From positions 1,062 through 65,061 of the forward strand of contig CALFIY010000042.1 of NCBI GenBank assembly GCA_937877595.1: DNA of 64,000 nucleotides, in the 5' to 3' direction. Made by a program: the position numbers and the translations under genes. Of the stretch, positions 57,672 to 64,000 are shown piece by piece; position 1 is the stretch's first letter, and every line of letters begins with the position of its first letter. A model generated the notes under the pieces. It did no database searches and was not told the DNA's origin. It saw only the letters and a program-made list of their open reading frames with translations. Origin of the DNA: an uncultured Prevotella sp. Lineage in GTDB: Bacteria > Bacteroidota > Bacteroidia > Bacteroidales > Bacteroidaceae.

Positions 57672-59186
57672 ATGAAGATATTTACCAGCGCTCAGATACG
57701 TGATATAGACCGCTTCACTATCGAACATGAGCCCATTGATAGCATAGACCTGATGGAACGTGCGTCGACTGTTTTGACGCAGGCCATCATGGAGACATGG
57801 CGTCCGTCGACGCCCGTTGTCGTTTTTGCCGGACCAGGCAACAACGGAGGCGACGCAATGGCCGTAGCAAGAATGCTGAGCGAGCGAAATTATCAGGTAA
57901 GTGTCTATCTCTTTAACATCAGCGGCCAGTTGTCAACCGACTGTGCCACAAACAAGCAGCGTCTGCTGGCAGCAAAGCGCCTGAAGGACTTCGTGGAAGT
58001 GACACAGGAGTTCGACCCTCCACGCCTGGAGCGCGACATGCTGGTAGTAGACGGTCTCTTCGGCTCAGGGCTCAACAAGCCATTGGCCGGAGGCTTTGCG
58101 TCGTTGGTGAAATACATCAACGCATCGCCGGCGCAGGTGGTGAGTATCGACGTACCTTCCGGGCTGATGACCGAAGACAACAGTTTCAACGTCAGAGCCA
58201 ACATAATACGCGCCGACATAACGCTGACGCTTCAGCAGACGAAGTTGGCTTTTCTCTTCCCCGAGAACCAGCCTTTCATAGGCCAAGTAAGAATTCTCGA
58301 CATACGTCTTAGCAAAGAGGCGACAGAGCAGACCGACGCTCAGTATTCTATTCTCGAGGAAAACGACATTCGCCAACTTCTCCTGCCGCGCGACAGTTTT
58401 GCCCATAAGGGCATGATGGGCAAGGCGCTCATCATTGCCGGCAGTTACGGCATGGCTGGAGCGGCTGTTCTGGCTGCGCGTGCCTGTCTGCGCAGCGGAG
58501 CCGGAAAGGTAACCATTCATACGCCACGCAAAAACTACGCCGTGCTGCAGGCCGCAGTGCCAGAGGCTGTGCTACAACTCGATCCGGAAGAGACAATCTT
58601 CTCTGAAGCAGTAGACACAGAGGACTACCATGCACTGGGCATCGGCCCTGGACTCGGACAAAGCGAGCAGACGGCAATACCACTCATAGCACAGTTGCGG
58701 CGCACCACCTGCCCTGTCGTAGCAGACGCCGACGCCTTGAATATACTCGCTAACCACAGAGCATGGATACAGCAGTTGCCGAAAGGCATCATCCTGACAC
58801 CGCATCCTGTGGAGTTTGACCGCATGGACAGCCATTCTGCCGACAGTTACGAACGGCTGACCAAGGCGCGCCACCTTGCAGAGAAACTGCATGGCTACGT
58901 GATACTCAAGGGTCACTATACCGCAATATGTACGCCCGACGGGCGCGTGGCATTCAACCCTACGGGAAATGCAGGCATGGCAACGGCTGGCAGCGGCGAT
59001 GTGCTGACAGGCATCATCACAGCACTGCTGGCAAGGGGCTACAAGTCGCAGGATGCCTGCTATCTTGGAGTTTATCTCCACGGACTGGCCGGCGATCTGG
59101 CAGCGCGCGACCTCGGAGAGGAAAGCCTGCTGGCAAGCGACATAATACGCTATCTGTCGAGAGCCTTCAAACGTTTGAAAGAATAA
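57672..59186 (+). CDS. nnr: Bifunctional NAD(P)H-hydrate epimerase/dehydratase
   Basis: LMERA, GPGNNGGD, DGLFGSG, GIGPGLG, DADALN, LTPH..E, MATAGSGDVLTG. Confidence 0.95.
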   Translation: MKIFTSAQIRDIDRFTIEHEPIDSIDLMERASTVLTQAIMETWRPSTPVVVFAGPGNNGGDAMAVARMLSERNYQVSVYLFNISGQLSTDCATNKQRLLAAKRLKDFVEVTQEFDPPRLERDMLVVDGLFGSGLNKPLAGGFASLVKYINASPAQVVSIDVPSGLMTEDNSFNVRANIIRADITLTLQQTKLAFLFPENQPFIGQVRILDIRLSKEATEQTDAQYSILEENDIRQLLLPRDSFAHKGMMGKALIIAGSYGMAGAAVLAARACLRSGAGKVTIHTPRKNYAVLQAAVPEAVLQLDPEETIFSEAVDTEDYHALGIGPGLGQSEQTAIPLIAQLRRTTCPVVADADALNILANHRAWIQQLPKGIILTPHPVEFDRMDSHSADSYERLTKARHLAEKLHGYVILKGHYTAICTPDGRVAFNPTGNAGMATAGSGDVLTGIITALLARGYKSQDACYLGVYLHGLAGDLAARDLGEESLLASDIIRYLSRAFKRLKE

Positions 59187-59204
59187 AAACATACTAACAA
59201 GGAT

Positions 59205-60263
59205 ATGAAGAAATTACTGATTATAGCCATGGCGCTGATGAGCCTGTCAGCAATGGCACAACCCGTAGCCACGCCTACGAAGCCGGGCATCAACGGCGAT
59301 GCCGTCACCTACTTCCTTCCGAAGTCGGCCATACGCCTGCAACTGCTCATCGAAAAACGTGTCTATACTCCTGGCGACTTCTGTAAATATGCAGAGAAGT
59401 ATCTGCGCATGACGGGCATAGAGCAGGAGGAAGTGGTAACATACACCGTAGTTAACTTCGGCATCAACCAGATAGGCGTGCGCGACACCTCGAAATGCTA
59501 CACCGTCAAACTGAAGGGAAAAACAGTCGGCGCAGATATCCGCCTGAACGAGGAGGGAGTGCTGCAAGCCGTAAATGCCGAGCCCGTAGCAGTGCCTGAG
59601 ATGAAGCACTTCAAGCCCGGCCCACAGCCGGAGCGCATCAATCCGCGCCAATACCTTAGTGCCGAAGTTCTTGCTGCCGGCAGTATGGCCAAGATGGCCG
59701 AACTCACCGTCCAGCAGATTATAGAACTTCAGGAACGCCGTCAGGCTCTCATCACTGGCGAAGCCGACGACACGCCAGCCGACAAGCAGCAACTGCAACT
59801 GATGCTCGACGAGATTGAAAAAGAGCGCGAGGCTCTCATGTCAATGTTTCTCGGAACCACAACACGTGACACAACGGAACAAATAGTCACCGTGTGTCCC
59901 GACAAAGAAGTGGAACGCGAGGTCATTTTCCGCATAAACAAGAAACTGGGCCTTGTTGACAAGGACGATCTCTCAGGCATCCCCTACTACATGACCGTAC
60001 AGGACATGCACCGCACTCCTACCCAGCAGTACGACATGGCCGACAAGAAGAAAGAAGGTGGTTTCTGGGTCAACGTGCCTGGCAGGATAAAGGTAACGCT
60101 GCAGCGCGAGGAGCATCTGCTTGGAGCCTTCGACCTGTACGCTGCTCAGTTCGGATTCGTGGAGTGCCGAAGCGGCTCACTATTCACGCGCTATGTCACC
60201 CACATGATATTAAATCCGGTACATGGCTCGGTAGACCGCATAAATGCTGAGATGCCAAAATAA
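59205..60263 (+). CDS. DUF4831-family exported protein
   Basis: Signal peptide, YFLPK, YTPG.F.KYAE.YL, AKMAE, LITGEAD, AQFG.VE. Confidence 0.7.
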   Translation: MKKLLIIAMALMSLSAMAQPVATPTKPGINGDAVTYFLPKSAIRLQLLIEKRVYTPGDFCKYAEKYLRMTGIEQEEVVTYTVVNFGINQIGVRDTSKCYTVKLKGKTVGADIRLNEEGVLQAVNAEPVAVPEMKHFKPGPQPERINPRQYLSAEVLAAGSMAKMAELTVQQIIELQERRQALITGEADDTPADKQQLQLMLDEIEKEREALMSMFLGTTTRDTTEQIVTVCPDKEVEREVIFRINKKLGLVDKDDLSGIPYYMTVQDMHRTPTQQYDMADKKKEGGFWVNVPGRIKVTLQREEHLLGAFDLYAAQFGFVECRSGSLFTRYVTHMILNPVHGSVDRINAEMPK

Positions 60264-60301
60264 GGAAAGGCTGACAAACGATAACACAACAAAAACGGAA
60301 T

Positions 60302-60345
60302 AAAAAAATGCGGCGCGTAATCTGCATAACGCGCCGCATTTTTTT
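60302..60345. terminator. Bidirectional intrinsic terminator
   Basis: AAAAAAATGCGGCGCGT ... ACGCGCCGCATTTTTTT. Confidence 0.85.
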
Positions 60346-60346
60346 C

Positions 60347-60412
60347 ACTGCTGTTTTAATTTTTGCCAGCGCTGTTTTTATTTTTAAAAACACTGCTGTA
60401 AATTTTGCCACA
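60347..60412. repeat. Tandem array of 3 units of the 21-bp repeat (copy C)
   Basis: GCTGTTTTAATTTTTGCCAGC / GCTGTTTTTATTTTTAAAAAC / ACTGCTGTAAATTTTGCCACA. The first unit is identical to units in copy A. Confidence 0.88.
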
Positions 60413-60431
60413 ACAGCATTTGCCTCTGCCG

Positions 60432-60461
60432 TCGGTGCTGACGACTTTCCGTCAGCACCGA
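60432..60461 (-). terminator. Stem-loop immediately after the GH2 stop codon
   Basis: Perfect 12-bp stem TCGGTGCTGACG / CGTCAGCACCGA; no clear U tail. Confidence 0.5.
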
Positions 60462-62873
60462 TTACTTTATCTTGATGCTTGTCTCCGGCAGACCGTAGGT
60501 GCGCACGCTGAGTGTTCCCTCACCACGTACCACGGCAAGCGCCCTTCCGAAGAACGCCCGCCGCTGAGCACTTGTAAATCGCTCCATTGACGTCTGACAA
60601 CCGTTGTCGGTGGCCACGATTTCCACGTCTTTACCCGAGAAGAAAAGTTGGTTTTCAGCCCACGGACAGCGATTGCCATGCTCATCAACGACGGTGGCAC
60701 GCACAAAGGTAAGGTCGCGGCCACTGTAGTCAATGTCAAGTTGCACATGGTGGGGCTCGCCGGCAGTGCGCAGCGTCTGACGCCCTACCTCACGGCCGTC
60801 ACGACGCGCCACAACGCTCACTTCGCCTGGTTCAAACACCACGCGCCATCCAACATGGAACTCCGTGCAGAGCGGTGCTCCACTGCCCTTGCGCCTCACG
60901 CCTTGCGAACGGCCGTTGACAAAGAGTTCGACCTCATCGGCCTGACTGTAGTAGCACCACATGTCGAGTTCCTGGCCCTCAAGCCAGTTCCAGTGGGGAA
61001 AAAGGTGCAGCACGGGACGGTCGGTCCATTCGCTCTGGTACATATAGTAGACATCCTTGGGCTGGCCGGAAAGGTCTACGATGCCAAAGTATGACGAACG
61101 GGCAGGAAAGCCGTAGGGCGTGGGTTCGCCGATATAGTCAAACCCTGTCCATATAAACTGTCCGCCAACGTATGGCGTATGCTTCACCACGCTCCACGTG
61201 TCTTCATGTGTAGAGCCCCAGGGCACTCGGGAGTTGTCGTAGGCCGAGCACATGTACGAAGGGTCGCTGTACGGAAGCCACCACTCCTTCGGAGCAATGC
61301 GCACGGAGTCGCTGGGTTGCAGATAATGACTCGTAGTCTGCAGCGCCGATACGCTCTCCGTCATAATAAACGGCCTGCCAGGGAAGTTTTTCGGCACATC
61401 TTTAATCCACTCCGTATGATAGTTGTAGCCAATGACGTCAATACCTTTCCCACGGAACAGGTGATTGCCAGGCGACGGCTCGTTGCATCCGGCAGTGACG
61501 GGACGTGTGGAGTCGAGACGGCGCACAATGCTGGCCAGATGGTCGCACAGCATCGTATTGACACTCATCTCGCCAGCCTTGGCAAGCGTTGAGGCGTCGT
61601 GACCGGCATTAAGTATGAGATTTGCCTGCTCAAGCGTCAGCGTATCGGCATCGGCGCTCGACCACTGCTCAAGCACCTCATTGCCAATGGACCACATCAG
61701 TATGCAGGGATGGTTACGGTCGCGCATAACAAGGTCGGTAAGGTCGCGCTCATGCCATTTGTCGAAGAAGCGCGCATAGTCGCCCGACGATTTGCGGCGG
61801 CGCCACATGTCGAAACTTTCATCCATCACTATCAGGCCCATAGTGTCGCACATGGCAAGAAGTTCGGGCGCAGGCGGATTGTGGCTTGAGCGGATGGCAT
61901 TGACACCCATTTCCTTAAGCCGAAGCAGTTTGCGATGCATGGCATCCTCGCTGAGAGCAGCGCCAAGACTGCCAAAGTCGTGGTGTTCGCAGACGCCGTT
62001 GAGTTTCAGGTTGCGGCCGTTGAGCCAGAAACCTGTGGCTGCGTCGAAACGGAATGTGCGGAAACCCGTGGGCGAAGTTACTTCGTCGACAACACGGCCG
62101 CCGTCTATCACGCGCGTGCGCACGTAATATATATAAGGTGTAGTGATGTCCCACAGATGCATCTTTTTGCGCCCGAGGGCAAGCGTGGCAGTAGTGCCGC
62201 CCTTTGTCTGGGCCACCACGTTTCCCTCGGCATCTATCAGTGCGTGGTGCAACTGCACGCGCCTGCCCGTGGGATTGTCTACTCGGGTGGTCACCGTCAC
62301 GGTGCCTTTCGTGGCATCTGCCACGGCATGCACGCCCCAGTGGGCAACGTGTATGTCGCTTGTCATGGTGAGCCACACGTGGCGATAGATGCCACAGCCG
62401 CTATACCAGCGCGAATTTGGCTGGTCGCTGTTGTCCACTCTCACCGCCACAACGTTGTCGCCCTGACGCAACAGCGGCGTGATGTCATACTCAAAAGTGC
62501 TATAGCCATAAGGACGCGTGCCTACGGATTTCCCATTGACGTAGACGGTAGAGTTCATATACACGCCGTCGAACTCCATGAACACGCGCTCGTCGGCAGA
62601 GCGCTCCACACGGAAGGTCTTGCGGTACCAGCCGACACCGCCAGGCAGCGCGCCACCGCCGGCACCGCTGGGATTGCCGGCAAGAAAGTCGCCCTCGCGC
62701 GCCCAGTCGTGCGGAAGTGAGAGAAGGCGCCAGTGAGCATCGTTGTATGTGTCGCTTGCCATTGCAGCCGAGTCGGCAAGCATGAAACGCCAGTTGGCAT
62801 CGAAGTTCTGTCGGTTGCGCGCATTTGCAGAAACTGCCATCATGGCAGCAACCACAAGTATCAGATTTTTCAT
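60462..62873 (-). CDS. Glycoside hydrolase family 2 (beta-galactosidase-like)
   Basis: LPHDW, FDGVYMN, SRWYSGCGIYR, GVNAIRSSHNP, WSIGNE (acid/base), TES (nucleophile), WTGFDYIGEP; signal peptide. Confidence 0.93.
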   Translation of the reverse strand: MKNLILVVAAMMAVSANARNRQNFDANWRFMLADSAAMASDTYNDAHWRLLSLPHDWAREGDFLAGNPSGAGGGALPGGVGWYRKTFRVERSADERVFMEFDGVYMNSTVYVNGKSVGTRPYGYSTFEYDITPLLRQGDNVVAVRVDNSDQPNSRWYSGCGIYRHVWLTMTSDIHVAHWGVHAVADATKGTVTVTTRVDNPTGRRVQLHHALIDAEGNVVAQTKGGTTATLALGRKKMHLWDITTPYIYYVRTRVIDGGRVVDEVTSPTGFRTFRFDAATGFWLNGRNLKLNGVCEHHDFGSLGAALSEDAMHRKLLRLKEMGVNAIRSSHNPPAPELLAMCDTMGLIVMDESFDMWRRRKSSGDYARFFDKWHERDLTDLVMRDRNHPCILMWSIGNEVLEQWSSADADTLTLEQANLILNAGHDASTLAKAGEMSVNTMLCDHLASIVRRLDSTRPVTAGCNEPSPGNHLFRGKGIDVIGYNYHTEWIKDVPKNFPGRPFIMTESVSALQTTSHYLQPSDSVRIAPKEWWLPYSDPSYMCSAYDNSRVPWGSTHEDTWSVVKHTPYVGGQFIWTGFDYIGEPTPYGFPARSSYFGIVDLSGQPKDVYYMYQSEWTDRPVLHLFPHWNWLEGQELDMWCYYSQADEVELFVNGRSQGVRRKGSGAPLCTEFHVGWRVVFEPGEVSVVARRDGREVGRQTLRTAGEPHHVQLDIDYSGRDLTFVRATVVDEHGNRCPWAENQLFFSGKDVEIVATDNGCQTSMERFTSAQRRAFFGRALAVVRGEGTLSVRTYGLPETSIKIK

Positions 62874-62883
62874 GGTGTTATGA

Positions 62884-63999
62884 TTATTTTACTATTATCT
62901 TCCTGCTCTCCCCACTGCGGCCGAAGCGCACGACATAAGTGCCGGGGGCAAGTCCGTCAAGCGTTGCGACATGCTGCTTAAGCAGTTGGCCGCCGCAGTT
63001 ATACACATCGTATGTATCTCTTTGCTGTTCACGCACCGGTGCGGCCACAGCAGAATATCCCTCCTCGCCATAATAGCCTTTTATTATGGCCTGCAGCAAG
63101 TCGGGCTGGTCTATCTGGGGCACGCTGCGCGACTCGCCGTCGGAGAGGCCCATCCAGTAGAGCGTCACAAAACCATGCTCTTTGGCGCTCTCCACGAAGT
63201 AACGGGCAAATTCAAGCATGTTGCTGCGGTTATTCTTGTAGTCGGCTTCAGAGTCGCTTGTCCCCCATTCGCCTATCACCACAGGGGCGCGCGAAGCCAA
63301 GTGGGTGGCAATGGCCGCCATCATCTCGCTGACCTCACTCTTAGCATTGGCAAGATTACTGATGTTGGGATATGAATGGACTTCAAAGAGGAGATGGTCT
63401 GCAACATTGTCGCCGGGCAGAGCCATCTGTTCCAAGGGGTCCTTAAGGTGGGAATTCCACGTACCGCCGCCACTGCATGCGCCGTAGGTGCTTACGATGA
63501 GGTTGCGCTGCGCATTGTTGCCGCCAGTAGCACGCACCACGTCGACAAAACTCTGTGCATAACTGTTGATTGCCTTGTATGCGTCGGCTGCCAGCGCTGC
63601 GTCGTAGCCCGAAGCACTGCCGGAAGAAGCGAAACACCACGACCGCTTCGCATCGAGCATTTCGTTGTAGCCTTCGAAGAGCAGATGCTCGTCGTAGTCA
63701 CGGAATTCCTCTGCTATCTGCTGCCATACGGCTTCGAAACGCTCCTTTTGCCTGACGTAGACCTCAGTGTCGGCCAGCAGCCACGCCGTATTTGACGCAC
63801 CAGTGTCGTGATGGACATTGAGAATACAGTACATTCCCTGCCCAACAACGTAGTCTACGACCTCTTTTACACGCGCCATCCATGTGGCATCTATCTTTTT
63901 GCCTATGTCGTCCTGCCATGGCAACCATGGCGTGAGCGAACTCGTACTGCTGTTGTAAGTTACCGAACTGAAAGTGGCCTCCATGTGAGGATACCACGT
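62884..63999 (-). CDS. Glycoside hydrolase family 5 (GH5_4-like endoglucanase/xyloglucanase) with T9SS-type C-terminal domain, 5' partial
   Basis: Frame is open to the window edge (TWYPHM). ILNVHHD, LLFEGYNE, VRATGGNN, HSY, IGEWG; tail VYN..G...G.Y.V...KIIVK. Confidence 0.9.
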   Translation of the reverse strand, partial: TWYPHMEATFSSVTYNSSTSSLTPWLPWQDDIGKKIDATWMARVKEVVDYVVGQGMYCILNVHHDTGASNTAWLLADTEVYVRQKERFEAVWQQIAEEFRDYDEHLLFEGYNEMLDAKRSWCFASSGSASGYDAALAADAYKAINSYAQSFVDVVRATGGNNAQRNLIVSTYGACSGGGTWNSHLKDPLEQMALPGDNVADHLLFEVHSYPNISNLANAKSEVSEMMAAIATHLASRAPVVIGEWGTSDSEADYKNNRSNMLEFARYFVESAKEHGFVTLYWMGLSDGESRSVPQIDQPDLLQAIIKGYYGEEGYSAVAAPVREQQRDTYDVYNCGGQLLKQHVATLDGLAPGTYVVRFGRSGESRKIIVK

Positions 64000-64000
64000 C

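Overview
A gene-dense chromosomal segment of a Bacteroidales bacterium, probably Prevotellaceae, judged from TAnnTTTG promoters, SusC/SusD, fkp and a T9SS-type C-terminal domain. Most of it is housekeeping: guaA, tsaA, menB, tig, lptB, ruvC, mtgA, argB, speA, aroK, topA, metG, rnc-fabF-acpP, pdxB, pgeF-obgE-adk-hpt and nnr. Glycan-related modules are a divergent fucP/fkp fucose-salvage pair beside a YfhO-family gene, a four-gene SusC/SusD/two-lipoprotein locus with no CAZyme, an orphan SLBB-export/Wzz pair, a DUF6250 + PL26-like fusion, and GH2 plus a partial GH5. I found no rRNA, tRNA, CRISPR array or intact transposase. A probable divergent SRP RNA lies between hpt and adk. The most notable observations are: (1) a two-gene cassette directly behind metG, a cytidylyltransferase-PLP enzyme fusion plus an opine dehydrogenase, that could make an unusual glycan substituent; (2) three co-oriented intergenic arrays of a 21-bp repeat; (3) a candidate three-way-junction RNA in the susC leader; (4) a probable toxin-antitoxin remnant cut off by a 111-bp inverted-repeat element; (5) short repeats inside coding sequences; (6) a 26-bp mRNA hairpin upstream of fabF-rnc. 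All family assignments come from reading motifs by eye; no database search was run.
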